Of a DNA stretch of 64,000 bases, positions 10,833-25,614 are shown piece after piece. The DNA comes from Antedon mediterranea (Eukaryota > Animalia > Echinodermata). Both the position numbers and the translations under genes were made by a program. The stretch is from NCBI RefSeq assembly GCF_964355755.1, contig NC_092674.1, forward strand, positions 22,072,001 to 22,136,000, in the 5' to 3' direction. Position 1 is the stretch's first letter, and each line of letters starts with the position of its first letter. A model generated the notes under the pieces. It did no database searches. It saw only the letters and a program-made list of their open reading frames with translations, and had not been told where the DNA came from.

Positions 10833-13165
10833 GACTAGATGGTACGCTCGCTTCGCTCGCGTACCATCTAGGTCGTGCCCACAGATGGTTCTCGAATACA
10901 TAATAATTTCAGCGTTAAAAAACTGGCGATTTCAAATGTACGTACCGCAGGACAATATAATACATGTCGTTTACAGGAACGAATAAATAGACACTGTGAT
11001 TGTGATTTATGTACTGAACTAAAATTAGTACTTCCGAAAGAGAAACTTGTCACAAAATGAGACCAATTCTTTAAGTCAAATTTAAACAAAGTTAATTTGT
11101 GTTTTGTATTTAACATTAGGGTTGAGGGATGGGAAAGAGGATGGGTGCAAAGAGGAAAAATTTTTAAATATATTCTTTATCCATGTAGTAACGAAATATT
11201 AATTGTTTTTATGTTTTACAAATAATATACCACTAAACACAGTAAAACATTGCGATGTAATACTTTGTTGAAACTATCACCGTCCTAGTCGATTGAAATA
11301 GTACAGTACATGTAACGATACATCACTCCCGACATCACTACGACGTGTATATGTTTATATAATGTAAAACAATTTGTGAAAACCACCTCTATTCGTGGAA
11401 AATCATAAATTCGATTTAATCGTCAATAAATATTAAATTATCTAACTCAACTTAATTAGTAGGCCTAATGGTTTTCAATTGTTTCTTAAGGCCAATTCAT
11501 ACTTAAGTTGGTTCCTACCCTACCCACCAAAGTTGTTCTGCGTTTAGGGCATGTGATGCACCGTAGGCCTATCCTCTACTGGCTTTACAACGCTACTCAT
11601 GCCAGTGAGGGAAGGGTGATGATGTGGGTGGTTTAACTGCAATAATAAAGATTTGTACATAATATACGGCGACTGAAAACGCTAGCTCATTATCCGTTAA
11701 AAAAATCTATATCCAACCTCTGCAGCACAGATTGAAACAAAAATATTTCTTACAAAAAACGCTGCTCGCTTATTGTTATTGCTAAGGTCAAGTCTGGGGG
11801 TCACTTCATCACGCCCAGATACTTCAAGTATCCTATTACAAACAAAAACTTCAATGAACTGTTTTTATAATAATTCAATGATTATCTGACAGCGAATTAT
11901 AGTAATATCATGGGATTCATAAATACCAGAAATGCTTTGGGATTTGTTGTTAGACTCTTTTCCCAGCCGTTTTTTTTTATTCAACAGGTGGTACCTATAA
12001 ATTATAGTCGAGTTTCCATTTTAACAAAAATGTCAAAGTGTTGTACTATAAAGCTGCTTGATTTCATCTAATGAATGAGTCATCTCGTGTGACGTAGCGG
12101 GCTAGAGCAGCAGCGGCGTGAAAAAATGGATCGAATTTCTGTAATGAGTATAGGCCTACAGTACTTGCCTTTACGACGCCTGAGGGAATAGACACTTGTG
12201 GAACAGAGATTGGAATGTTCCATTCATTTCAAATCAATACATTTGTATAAACATATATTAAATCTATCAAAATAGTATTTTTCAAAGAAAATCGGCCTGT
12301 CTTCAACATTATGATGCTGTACTCGAGCGGTTCAACCGGTTTTCAGCTATTAAAAACAATTATCGTAGGAGGAGATAAGAAAATGCGAAGCATCATCGTA
12401 TTATTGTGTGCGGGTATTTTTCCATGGACATTCATTAGACAGTGTATACCACGATTGGAAAACACCCCTATTTGGGGCAAATCGTTGAGCCTAAATTCGT
12501 TTTAATCGTCAATAACTAATTACCTAACGCAATTTAATTAGTAAACAGGGTTATATCATAATATAAAAATAACGCTTAAAAGAGAACGACGTTTCGACTC
12601 CATCATGGGGTCATTATCAAATCCAATGAATAAAATATAAAACAACAACTAATTAAGTAGCACAAGCCAAGGGTCAAAGTTTAAATAACAAAAGACCTAT
12701 TGTCTAACATCCTGTCAAATGAAAAGCTTAGCTTTTACAGAGTCACTTTGTTTATTCAGACTAGGTTTTAATTGTCTGATATACAACATTTCATAGATAA
12801 GACAGTCAAATTTGTTTTTGCATTTCCTAAGTATACTAAAACATGAATTAATTTTACTGGGATTAACAATCACTTTATGATCCTTCAAATGCTGTCCTAT
12901 TAAGCATCTACTATCAGATAGTTAAAATCAGTACCGAAAGTATGAACCAACTTTATATACCAATTTGGAGCAAATCGTTGAACCTAAATTCGTTTTAATC
13001 GTCAATAACTAATTACCTACCGCAATTTAATTAGTAAACAGGGTTATATCAGATGGTTAAAATCAGTACCGAAAGTATGAACCAACTTTATATACCATCG
13101 AGTAAAAATTCTATAAATTAACCTCGATTTATCGAATTTTGCCCTTACGTAAATTTATATATAGA
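10833..13165 (+). mobile_element. Family A copy with internal insertions
   Basis: 5' hairpin CTAGATGGTACGC...GCGTACCATCTAG and the same 3' end; contains a Penelope remnant and a duplicated 3' segment. Confidence 0.55.
12565..12902 (-). mobile_element. Penelope-like element 3' remnant (GIY-YIG C-terminus plus degenerate hammerhead)
   Basis: Minus strand reads IGQHLKDH...FSILRKCKNKFDCLIYEMLYIRQLKPSLNKQSDSVKAKLFI*; then TTGATAATGACCCC...GAGTCGAAACGTC at about 12588-12621. Confidence 0.75.
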
Positions 13166-13422
13166 AGTGGAATCGTTGACAAAATACAGAATTAGCCTAG
13201 AACACTAGGCCTAGCCTAGCTAGTAGTAGGCATAATAGGTGGGTGTTTTATACAAACAAATGAATGTTTTGTATTTGTGTATTGGTACAAATAATTCATT
13301 ATTTTTGTATACAATTGAATTGAATATATTAAATCATTTAAGTAATATACCTAACATGTGTGTTTCTAAGAAGTATTATTGATTGGTTACACCGGCCAGA
13401 CCACATATTCTTCTTTTTTTAA

Positions 13423-15015
13423 TTAGGTGATCATTTAGAATAAAATATTCTAAAATGATCACCTATTGTTATTGTATGAAATCTTTATTTTTCTTTTTAT
13501 TGTTTCTGTACACTATTTTGTGTAACAATTATCTCAAAAAGTTTAATGTCAATGATTACCAAAATTTCAGAATATCTTTCAAATAATATAACTTAATCCT
13601 AATCAGCTTTCCAGCGTGATCACTCATCCGTGACGTCATTTATACGCCATTTTGTGAAATCACATTATCAATCATATCTCCATAATTCATTATGACATAT
13701 TAATGAAATTCACTAGAGGTAAACTTCAGGTCAAGGGTAAAAATATTAGCAAATAAAAAGTTGCGCGTTTCAAGGTCATGCACGTGAAATCGCGCGTTAA
13801 AAATTTAAAACGGGCAAAATTAGGTTTTGATCAATTTAGAGCATGAATTAGGCCATTTGCGCGTTTCAAAAAATTACTGCGCAAAAATGCGTTTTTGTGC
13901 GCACGATTCTTAAAATGCGTAAAAAATAAAATTTGATGTATAAATCACATTCTACTCACAATCCTTAGTACATTCACCAATTTTGAGTCCATTCCGACTT
14001 AAAATAACGCTATACGAGCACGTTAAAAATGACAAAATGCGCACACTAATTGTACAAAAGTGCTACAAATGGTAAAAAATAAGGACTTTTTAAAATGAAT
14101 ATAACTCTTCAGAATGGCAGATGACCCCCAATTTTTTTAACTTATTATGGAAGCCAATAAGTTGTAGATACAAATGTATATACACATTAGACGTACAAAA
14201 TGGTATGACGTCATACAAATGGCCACTTGAATTTAAAAATTAGGAATTTTTTTCTTTTTGTGTGGGTTATCACATTCAATAGAGCGCATCTCCGTTATTT
14301 GAGCCCGATTTTCGCACAACTTTTAGTATGTGCTTGCTCAATTAATTATTCTTCTAATGAGTTGTCAACATTTTTATTTTGATGACGTCATCACGCGTAA
14401 AAACTTGAATAACCTAGGTCGTGTAATTTCAGCTACACCATACATTTGAATATCTTATAGCTCTTCAGAATTAAAGGTGACCTTGAAGATTATAAGTTAT
14501 TATGAAAGCTGATGAAATGTAGATATGAATTCATATTAAAATTAAGCCTATCGGATGTTGTGATGTTATCATATGGCCAGTTGAAGTTAAAAAGTAGTTT
14601 TTAAATTTCTTTAGTCAAAGTTATACAAATTTCAAAGACCGCGCATTGCGCTTCTACGTGTCAAATTTTCTTCCAATCCTTATATTTATTTGCTCAATTC
14701 ATTATCTTTCGAAATTGTCATCTTCGAGTTTATTTTGAAAATTCCATCATACCAAAAAATTAGAACACGATGTGAGTCCCGTTATTTCACCTATGCTACA
14801 CTGTATATAGATATACAGTATGTACTGTACATATTGTATGACACATAGGTAGAACTCAGCACTATAAGTGTATATGCAATCATGTCATAGGATGGCGTAC
14901 ATCAACTTTTAACGATCGTATGTTAACGTACATGCATGTTTAAAAAATGTTAATTTTATTAAAATGATAAAAATGATCACCTATAATTCGTCAAAGTGAC
15001 GAATTAAATTCTAGT
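13423..15015 (+). mobile_element. Helentron-associated (HINE-like) non-autonomous element
   Basis: 5' TAGGTGATCATTT with nearby inverse AAATGATCACCTA; the same motif recurs at about 14971, followed by hairpin AATTCGTCA-AAG-TGACGAATT and CTAG-T(n). Confidence 0.65.
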
Positions 15016-15227
15016 TTTCTTTTATATTTATTTGATTTTTTTATGGACAAACACTCTCAACTTGATCATTATGACGGTCATTTTTTGGGATCGAAATTGT
15101 TTTGATTGCCTAATAGTAATACTAATAGGTTTATAGGTAATTTCTGTAAGTTTCCTTTGTAAACAACACCAGTGCTTATTTTGGAGATAGACCAGCAATA
15201 TACAAGTTATTTTAACTTATACTTTGT

Positions 15228-15710
15228 TTTTAGTCGCGTTCAACGCGACTCTGCAGCTCACTATGTCTGTCGGTTGGTTGGTTGGTCGGTCGGTCGGTCA
15301 ATTGGTCGGTCGGTCGGTCGGTCAGTTGGTCGGTAAACACTAACTTGTGCACGCGACTGCAGCCATGTATATGGCCTTGATAAAATAAAAGTTTTCTGAC
15401 GCTAAATGTACAGTATGGTACATTTATACATGAACTCTGATTTCCTTTCCAGTAATAATCTTTTCAGATCACCGAAGTATAATTTGGCCCTATTACGTTC
15501 TTTGATGGGAGACCATCTGCGAATATCGCATCGGGTGCCGTATTGACCAGAGAGAGTGATGGTGTTATGATGAGGTAAGCATGAGTTCAACATACCACAC
15601 ATCGTAGCTTGTGTTGACTTTACAGCTCACTACGTTGGTCGGTCGGCCAGTCGGTTGGTCGGTAAACACTAGCTTGAGCACGTGACTGCAGCAATGTATA
15701 TGGCCTTGTT
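15228..15710 (+). mobile_element. DINE-1/HINE-like repeats with (GGTC/GGTT)n microsatellite, two partial copies
   Basis: TTTTAGTCGCGT...ACGCGACTC hairpin then (GTCG)n; related ends at 36985-37060 and 46965-47750. Confidence 0.6.
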
Positions 15711-16896
15711 ATTTATTACATAAGCTGTTGGTGTTTCTACATTGGCTGGAGGTTTTAATACATTTTAGGACTAACTATTCACTTTCAAGTTTGAGGACAA
15801 TAATACTACCTTTATCGCATGACAAATTTTATTAAGAAAATAATACATGTATAATATAATACATTTAAATTATGTTAAATATGATATTTTGCTGACCTGA
15901 AATTCGTTTGCACTGGCAGTCTCGGCAATTTTTAAAATTAGAAAGCATGATGTTGATATGTTAACCGATGCCTAGTTTCCTGTAACAGTCAAGCTACTGA
16001 GTAGTAGCACGAAGTCTACTAGAGTGTAGGACCTAAAAGCCTAGCTAACAAACCATTGTGTTTTAGTACCTGACATAGAATTTTAGGTCGTTCTGGCTTG
16101 TTGGCAACATAATTATTGTTTGCTTAATCATAAAACGTTTTCGTACCGTGTCGTATTTTTAAACAGTAGTAAACTATAACCCAATTATCCATTGATGATA
16201 ATTATATAAATGTGTTGCTCAGAATCATCTTTGTAACTGAAGGTATCAATTATTATTAAGTTACCACATATTCAAACAAATTTATTTCGATTAGTGTACA
16301 TGTATTTTTGCTATAATTTATTGTCTATAATCCCAAACTTATTTATATTTTATATTTAAAATGACAACTTTTACTTCAGCAGCGTAGCTTGCATATTATG
16401 ACACACCTGATTGTATGCTTGCAATCCCATTTGTTAATTACGAATCGCGTGTCATTTAGAATGAGCCCTATCTAACGAAAAAGTGATATTATAATGGTGA
16501 TAATTAACGCGCGCTCTAATGCACGTTCGCGTTTCTGTAAGCATTTTTGAGAATTATTGCCACGCGAATGTTCGTGTTTGGAAATGAACTTGTGTGCGCG
16601 CCGTCTATAAATGTTCCGCGCCGTCTATAAATGTTCCGTCCCGTCTAAAGTTGGAGCACTGCCTTGTTTTAATGGTCTAGCTTCCAGGCCTACCATTCGT
16701 CAATGATTTACGATGGGTAAATTGTATACAAGTAGGTGTGTATAAAACAAAATAATGAATGTTTTGTAAATCGTTGAATGGAGAGAATATTTTCTTAGAT
16801 GGCTCCGCCTCATTACAATTAGAGAAGTCAATGTTTCAACTCATGAAACATTCTCACCTGCATCTAACTCATGAATATTCTTTATTGTATACTAAT

Positions 16897-19800
16897 TTAT
16901 ATGCTGGGGAAGTATAGATCCTTTCTTAAAGTGTATTGGGGAGATGGTGCCTGATACACTTTATCTATTTTACATACATTATAATTCACTTGTGTTAGAA
17001 TATCTAGAATGTGATCGGTATGGTGACGTTCTTTCAAAACCTTGGTCAGACATTGTATAAAATGTGAACCAGTTTTGATCTTCAATGATTTCTTTAGAGG
17101 TGTTGTCGAGTATCCAAATAGGAAATCAGCGTAATCAAAATATTTGTGAAGAGAATCATCTTCCATTTTTTTGTCTCGGCACGCTTGTATAAAGAATACT
17201 TTTGGTTTTGCATTCAGACTTTCACACTTATCTGCTCGTAAATTGCCGGCAAGTTGTAATATATTACACGTTTTTCCATCACTACCAGCAACTTCTCCAA
17301 GTCTACCATGAGACAACAGACAACAAACAAAGCAATCGTATTGTGAATGATCTCGTCTTCGCATTTCGTCCATCACATCCTTCATCTCCTGAGCAGTTTG
17401 ATCGCGTTTCACTTCGACAATGAATCCTAAGTATTTAAAAACACGCCTCAGCTCATCTGTTGAGAAACATACTGTACAATTACTACCATAGCAGGCATAT
17501 TGTTTTTTTTATTTATGAAATATAGATATCCCTATATAAAATTAATGTCTTTTATTAAAACGTAATTCTGAAGAATATTGTTAAAGCTTTAAATTGTGTT
17601 TAAACTAGATGGTGTGCTCGCTTTGCTCGAGTAGGCCTACCATCTAGGGCGTGTCCACAGAGGGTTCTTGAATACACAATAATTTCAGCGTAAAAAAACT
17701 GGCGATTTCAAATGTACGTAACGCAGGACTATAGTACATTGTCGTTTACAGAAACGAATAAATAGACACGATGATTTATGTGTGAATTAGGCCTACTTCC
17801 GAAGGAGAAACTTGTCTTAAAAATGAGTCCAAATTGTTTATTTTAACTCATTTAAACAAACCCAATTTGTGTTTTGTATATAACATTAGAGTACAGTAAT
17901 TCAGTAAAACATTTACGATTTAATACTTTTTTTATAACTGTCCCTGTTATAGTCGATTGAAATAAAAAGCACATGTAACGATACACCACTACCGTACAAC
18001 GTTTATATTTTTTATAACTATTAATACAAACGTTGAGAAGCAACTGTCAGTAATACAGTTTTTATTTATATATTATGTGTTTATATATCCAGCAGTAGAG
18101 CCTACCCACAGTCACATGTTCTTTGTATATGTGTTTATATATCTAACAGGAACCACATTCACAGTAAGACAATTTCGATTCAAATGGGGACCAAAAATGA
18201 TTAATAAGTATTTTACAATATTGTCAAAGTATTGCAATACTATATCTCAGTTTTAAGTGTATTCTCCAAGGACCCATAAATTTACCTACTTGTGTTTAAC
18301 CAAGAGCTCATAAATTTACCTACAAACTGGGAGTTTGAGAGATTGGAATGCTCCATCCATCGCAAATCAATACATTTGTATAAACGTTTATTAACTCTTT
18401 CAAAATAGTATTTTTAAAAGAAAATCGGTCTTCAACATTATGATACTTTTCAACCGGTTTTCAGCTATTAAAAACAATTATCGTAGGAGGAGATAGGAAA
18501 ATGCGAAGCATCCTCGTATTATTGGGTTTTTTTTCAAGAGGACATCCATTAGATAGTGTATACCACTATCGGAAAACACCCTATTTGGGGCAAATCGTTG
18601 AACCTAAATCCGTTTGAATTGTCAATAAATAATTATCTAACTAAATTTAATTAGTAAACAGGGTTACATCAGGTGGTTAAAATCAGTACCGAGATTCTAA
18701 CCAATTTTATATACCATCGAGTAAACATTCTAGAAATAACGCGTGATTTACCGAATTTTGCCCTTACGTAAATTTATATATAGACTCGAGCTGTTCAACC
18801 GCTTTTCAGCTATTAAAAACAATTATCGTAGGAGAAGATAGAAAATGCGAAGCATCCTCGTATTATTGTGTGCAGGTATTTTTCAAGAGGACATCCATTA
18901 TAGTGTATACCACGATCGGAAAACACCCCTAAAGGAGTCGTCAAACACACGGCCAGCCTGTGGTTCTTTTTTGGCCAGCCTGTGGTCCGAGGGCGCTAGA
19001 CAATTGGCCAGCCCCTGTGGTCCCGAGAGCGCTAGCATGAAAACACACAACAGCCCGTCTCAGCTCTGTGACATACTTGCCAGCCTGTGGTCCCAAGGGC
19101 GTTAGACATAACTTTTCTATGCTTTTCTAAAGTGAGCCCTCTACAACTGTTTTCATTTTATAAAAACTTCACTGTGCTTTGACAAGAATATATGTTGTAA
19201 TTTATGGGTCTTAATGTATTATATTAGATTATTATTTGTTATATTAAATAATGTTTTTAGACATATTTACGGCCGCCATCTTGTTGGTTCCCCCTCCTGT
19301 TGGAATCACTTTTCAGTCTGCAGTACGCCCTCTAGTGTTCTTATTACATCTCTCTATCTTTGGCGGCTCTCTGGCTGACCAAAATGTCTAGCGCCCTCGG
19401 GACCACAGGCTGGCCAAATATCTAGCGCCCTCGGACCACAGGCTGGCCATAAAAGAACCACAGGCTGGCCGTGTGTTTGACGACCCCTGCTCGGGCAAAT
19501 CGTTGAACCTAAATCAGTTTTAATTGTCAAAAACTAATTATCTAACTAAATTTAATTAATAAACAGGGTTACATCAGGTAGTTAAAATCAGTACCGAGAT
19601 TTTAACCAACTTTATATACCATTGAGTAAACATTCTAGAAATAACGCGCGATTACCGAATTTTGCCTTTACGTAAATTTATTCTGTTGATTCTGGTCAAC
19701 ACTTAACGTATACATCATATTGATGCATATGATTACAGGATGGATGCTACCCAAAAGAAATTTCTTATACCTTCATCTATTTCAGAACTAGTTCTTTCTT

Positions 19801-22150
19801 TCATTTGGCTTTCCTCTTGAAACTTAATGTTGTTTATGATTAGGCATATTCCACGAGGAATGCTGGTCATTTTGTATTTAGGTCTGCCATTATCTGGTAT
19901 AATAAAATATTAAAATATAACTTTATTAAATGTCAATTATTCAATAAATAAAAAAACTTTACATGCGCACATTTATAGCGACATTAATATCATTAATTTT
20001 AACAAACATATTACAGAATTACTATTTCTGTAATTTGTTTAATAGAAAATACATGTGGAGACTTTATTAAATAAATTCCGGAAAAAAAAAATTAACTATT
20101 ATACTAATACCAATGTTAGCCTACATGTATACATAGCCATGCTTGCTGTGATAGGGGAAATGGTATTGGTGGAAACGAAATTCATAATGATAATGGCAAA
20201 TATCACTTTTTTCTTTAGAATATCTATAATAAAACAATAATAACATTTTTGTGCTCATTTTCTTGATGATAATCAATGTTCAAAAAGAGATAAATTACTA
20301 CTTTACCTTCTTGAGTCACTGTGGAATCAGTCAACGAATTCAATGAATGTATTGTCCCCAAAAACATGAAAAACAAAGAAAAAAATCAGACTTTGAATAT
20401 TTTTTAGTAGAAAAACATAAATAATGTTTTTACATATAAAATGACAAAATAAACAGTTAGATTCAATGCTTTAAATTACAGTTTTTCAGAAAAATTGTTT
20501 ATATTTTTAATTTTTCTTTACGTTTTTTTATTTTATGCTTACAGCGTGGTACCTTTTTTCTCAAGATGTTAGTTATTGATTTTCCTGTTTATATTTAAAA
20601 ACAATAGATTTACTTTGAATGAATATAAGTTGTGATGTGGAAGTTGTTCCCATTTTATCGTTATAATTTTAATGCAATTTCGCTATGAAATCATGAATCA
20701 TTTTAATAATTTGGTTCATCTCTAGTAATTATGTTGCATCACGGCACCCCTAGTTAGCACTGAATTAGCATACGTTGTTGTTAACATTATACCTCACGGT
20801 TATAAATAATTCACTATTTGTCTACTAGTTATCGATTCATAGAAGCGCTGGTGGTGACTATAGATTGTTCCCGTTCGACAATGACTTATACTTATGAAAC
20901 GCCATATGTGCCAAAATATTTATCTTTTTACTAATATTAAGTCAAAACTCCGTCTGGGACCAAGACTGTACAATGACTACACTTCGGCTTTAGTTAATAA
21001 TATAGGCCTAATATTGAAATATTTTTTTTAGAAATAGAGTACACAATGTTTAATTATATTAGTGTATATAGTTGGATATAATGATCTTGTATATAGATTT
21101 GACTGTCGTTTGATGGATTAGTTAATTCATTATTAAATATATACATTAGGTTATTTTTACGAATTATAATATTGATTAAAAATACAAAACAAAGATATAT
21201 GTCAGTAAATAATGTTACATTATAAAAAGAATATATAGATAAAATGAAGAAAATCACAGAGATTATGAAGCGGCGTTTCTGAATATACAATACAAAGCAT
21301 CGTAAATTTAAATTTATAAATTTTAGGCGACCTTGTCAGAGGTCAACCGACAAGCCTGCCACGTTTTGATATTCAAACGGTTTTAATCATTCGGCTTAAG
21401 TTTTTAAGAATATAATTAAGATATTGTTTGTTCATTCCTCATGGAAAACCTACCCGAGTTTTCAGAAAATCCTCCAGACGAAACGTCAGAATTAACCTAA
21501 AAACAGATTTATAAATAATTATTTAATTAAATTAAGTATTCTGTTTTATAACACACATGCGTGTATTCTTCCAATTTTATTCGTTTTATTTGCAATTAAC
21601 CCTTCTATCTAACATCTAATGGTGATGATTAGCACAATCTAATGCGCATGAAGCTTTCTGTGCATCGTGGCATTGCTTGTATCCTTGGGCAAGTCACTTT
21701 ACTTAAGTTTGTCTCTCTCCACCCTGGTACACATGGGTACCTGTTTAGGTCCACACATAACTTATTACTAGCTGCATTGTGGAAGTATGTGTCCATACGA
21801 TGACGTTTCACAACATTAGGCTTTTTATAAATCTAGAATATATTTATTATTATCTTTGGTTGACTAGCCGTTGTAATTAATAAAGATCTCAGAATGTTAT
21901 TTACTATAGTTTTTAAGCAGCTATTGGCTAATTGCTGGGAAAAAATAGTACTTACTAGTTCTTTGTCGTCTGACGGTTCGGGTAGTTGCTCAGTCGGGTT
22001 GTGATCGGCAGAGATTTGTAGGTCAGGTAGATCAGTACTACCTGTAGTAGTAGGATGGCCTTGATCGTCATTTAAACCATCGGCAGACTGCAATTGGATC
22101 TTAGATTTTACGTTAGATCGTTTAGGTCCGGTGGCCGATCTAGCTTCCAT
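16897..22150 (-). CDS. Caspase-8-like paralog with a low-complexity non-DED N-terminus; catalytic dyad intact (SHG, QACRD)
   Basis: Firm exons 19893-19771 (DNGRPKYKMTSIPRGICLIINN...EIDE) and 17456-16897. Probable upstream exons 22150-21956 and about 20355-20307; the acceptor of the latter is unresolved. Confidence 0.8.
17604..19680 (+). mobile_element. Family A copy with duplicated 3' end in a caspase intron
   Basis: Homologous to 8849-10078; the 3' block is repeated at about 18790-19680 and interrupted by a MITE. Confidence 0.55.
18932..19489. mobile_element. hAT-like MITE
   Basis: TIRs (A/C)AGG(A/G)GTCGTCAAACACACGGCCAGCCTGTGGTTCTTTT at both ends, with subterminal GGCCAGCCTGTGGTCC repeats; TSD not clear. 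Confidence 0.75.
21665..21750 (+). mobile_element. SINE conserved central-domain fragment (CORE/Meta-like)
   Basis: TCCTTGGGCAAGTCACTTTAC...TCTCTCCACCCTGGTAC...ATGGGTACC. Confidence 0.5.
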
Positions 22151-22844
22151 TTCGTCTTAGTATGTTCAATATATCAGTTTTGTTGTTAACACTATAGATA
22201 TACTAGAATAGAGTGGTGCAATTTTAATTGTTTTCCTGAGTGGCTGTGACAGGTCATGTCATTTTAAACACCATTAGTAAAATTGTTTTTTAAAGTGTAT
22301 TTTTCTGGCAATAACAAAGCAATACAAAAACACAGTTGAAAGGCAAAAAACATAAAACATAAACATTAGGTGCTAAACCTCTACGGCAGTAGCGGTCAAC
22401 CCAAAATTCAAATCTATCTAAATTATTATCTATCATATCTATTATATACGATCTGCAAACATTTTGGACATATTAAATTAGTATTGTATTGAAATAATTA
22501 TGACTTTTTGAAAAAAAAAATATAGAAACATATATTTAAATTACGAATTTCAACGCGAAATGTATTCCAACATGTGGAACGTACGTTTTAAATGATTACG
22601 GTATTCCTGCAACGACGAACATTAAAAAGGGTACCAGTCAGTTACAAGTCATAAGTTATGAATTAAGAAGGCCTAATTAAATTAGACTTTGAATAGGTTA
22701 TTTTGTAGTTAAGTTAATCACTTCCGTAGGAAAAAAAAGAAAAAAAATAATGTTTTCACTTATAAAATAACATAATGATGGTTAAATTAAACCAAAAATC
22801 TATTAGCTGGCACCCAATTTGACGATTTTTTGCCTTAAATTCCG

Positions 22845-24550
22845 TTTTTTCAGGTAAATAATTTGTTTTGATGCAATTTTCGGTTGAAGTCAATAACTAT
22901 TTTGTGACATTAAAATGACATACTCACCAAAAAAAAAATTAAAAATTATTTTTTCAGGGGACAATACATCTTTAAAATAATTAATAATTGTGGTGATGAC
23001 GCCTAGAACATAAAGGAGGTAAATTGAAGTCGACATTTATCTAATGTATGTATCTTAATATAAAGTAATCTTACTAAAAATTGGTTTACCTTTTTGTAGA
23101 GAAACAATTAATTCGGCATTTAGTTGAAAGAATGAATTGCACTTCTTGATAACACCCTCACGGCATAATGAACAACACCATGGAGGAAATAAAATATTGA
23201 TAGTTTCCTTCTTCGAATACATCATACACAGATTGCTTTGAATCTGCACAAAATAAAAAGCAATGACTCTGCGTATAGACTGACATGCGCACTGGCCTTG
23301 AACGAGTAACATATGTGCACTGTTTCTAAACAGTTTTAGTGGCTGGACCACATTATCGAAAATCTGTCTTTCATTTTTCTCTCCTGCTTTTTTATTGTAC
23401 ATCTTCTCGAAGTTGGCAATGGCAACAAGATTTGAATTAATATATAATGATTGACTAATAATAATGAATTTAAATTGTCTTTTAATTTGTAGACAATGTT
23501 AGCACTTCGTTCTTAATATTTTTCAAACACCATTCTTTCTGGTAAATAATTTTTTTGATGCAATTTTCGGTTCAAGTCAATTTTTATTTTTGACATTAAA
23601 ATGACATACTCACCAAAAAAACAAATTAAAAAATATTTTTTCAGGGGAACAATATATCTTTAAAAAAATTAGTAATTGTGGTGATGACGCCTAGAATATA
23701 AAGGATGTAAATTGAAGTCGACATTTATCTAATGTATGTATCTTAATATAAAGTAATCTTACTAAAAATTGGTTTACCTTTTTGTAGAGAAACAATTAAT
23801 TCGGCATTTAGTTGAAAGAATGAATTGCACTTCTTGATAACACCCCTCACGGCATAATGAACAACACCATGGAGGAAATAAAATATTGATAGTTTCCTTC
23901 TTCGAATACATCATACATAGATTGCTTTGAATCTGCACAAAATAAAAAGCAATGACTCTGCGTACAGACTGACATGCGCACTGGCCTTGAACGACTAACA
24001 TATGTGCACTGTTTCTAAAAAGTTTTAGTGGCCGGACAACATTATCGAGAATCTGTCTTTTATTTTTCTCTCCGGCTTTTTTATTGTAAATTTGTTCGAA
24101 GTTGGCAATGGCAACGAGATTTGAAATAATATAATGATTGCCTATATAGTAATGAATTTAAATTGTTCTTTAATTTGTAGACAATGTTAGCACTTCGTTC
24201 TTAATATTTTTCAAACACCGATTTTTTCAGGTAAATAATTTTTTTGATGCAATTTTCGGTTCAAGTCAATTTTTATTTTTGACATTAAAATGACATACTC
24301 ACCAAAAAAACTAATTAAAATATATTTTTTCAGGGGGAAAATACATCTTTAAAAGAATTAATAATTGTGGTGATGACGCCTAGAACATAAAGGATGTAAA
24401 TTGAAGTCGACATTTATCTAATGTATGTATCTTAATATAAAGTAATCTTACTAAAAATTGGTTTACCTTTTTGTAGAGAAACAATTAATTCGGCATTTAG
24501 TTGAAAGAATGAATTGCACTTCTTGATAACACCCCTCACGGAATAATGAA
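22845..24550. repeat. Tandem repeat of about 690 bp, 2.5 copies, covering the putative first exon/promoter of the 16.9-22.2 kb caspase
   Basis: Near-identical units start at about 22845, 23535 and 24225; each holds the donor-like TTTACC at about 23085, 23773 and 24462. Confidence 0.9.
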
Positions 24551-25614
24551 CTGAAATTATTATGTATTCGAGAACCATCTGTGGGCACGACCTAGATGGT
24601 ACGCGAGCGAAGCGAGCGTACCATCTAGTCTTTTATAATTATTGAAAATATTATATTTCAAAGATTTACAGTTATTGAACGGATATATATACTTCTAATA
24701 TTTCATAAACCGTGTGTCGTTTTAACAAATTTGAGATTTATGCATGCTTTTTTAAGTCATAATTGGTGTGTTGTAAGAGGTTTTGAAGATTTGTGGTGTG
24801 CTCTTCCTTTAAACCTACTACCTACCTTGTATTGACAAACACAATTGACGATGATGATGTGATTTATTATCGTTTATTCTTATTACAAACATACGAGAAC
24901 ACACGCGTACAAACTAATACTTTTATACATATTATTTCCTCATTTTTCATTTTCATTTCATTTGCATTTTTATTCCAAAACAAGACAAAATTCTACATAA
25001 TAAAACAAAATAGGAAAATAGAATGGTATAAAAACTAAACACGAAAGCTTTAAACATTTTAATTCAAAATAAGCATTACGAGTTGTATACAAAGTGACAA
25101 GAAACAATAAAATCCTAATAACAAAAGAACGTGTTGAAAGAAAGTTGTGTAAGTAACATCATGGAACTATATATATATATATATATATATTACAGTTCCA
25201 TGGTAACATAAAACAAACATTAACTCTAAAGCGTGATTTCATGGTATTAACCTGTCTTTACCTATTATCACAAAACAATTCATTACATGGAATACATTTG
25301 ATACAGCACAAAAGGATTAAACTAATATGTCATATATAACACTTGAAATAAGAGAAAATACACAAATTAGCTTAAAAATTATCTGAATAAAGCATTGAAA
25401 TCAAAGTAATAACAACAATACAGTCTCACAGCTAAGTAAAGTGTACTTTTTACCAAAGTTATCGAATTACCGAAATCAATTTAATGTAATGATATTGTTA
25501 ATATTAGTTGTAAATACTTTAATTTAGGACTCATGCATAACGAGATAGTGAGTAAATTAATTGAGTGTTTTATCAATGATGAACGGACATTTCAATCGGC
25601 ACATAAGTTATAGT

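Noticed and set aside
6587-16896. Upstream active caspase splicing into the fusion gene as one tandem-caspase protein
   Set aside because: The 16897 exon ends in a stop with no donor, and the fusion gene has its own paralogous promoter-like block.
23055-24001. Duplicated ORFs 23055..23402 and 23774..24001 as genes
   Set aside because: They are by-products of the 690-bp tandem repeat and are frameshifted relative to each other.
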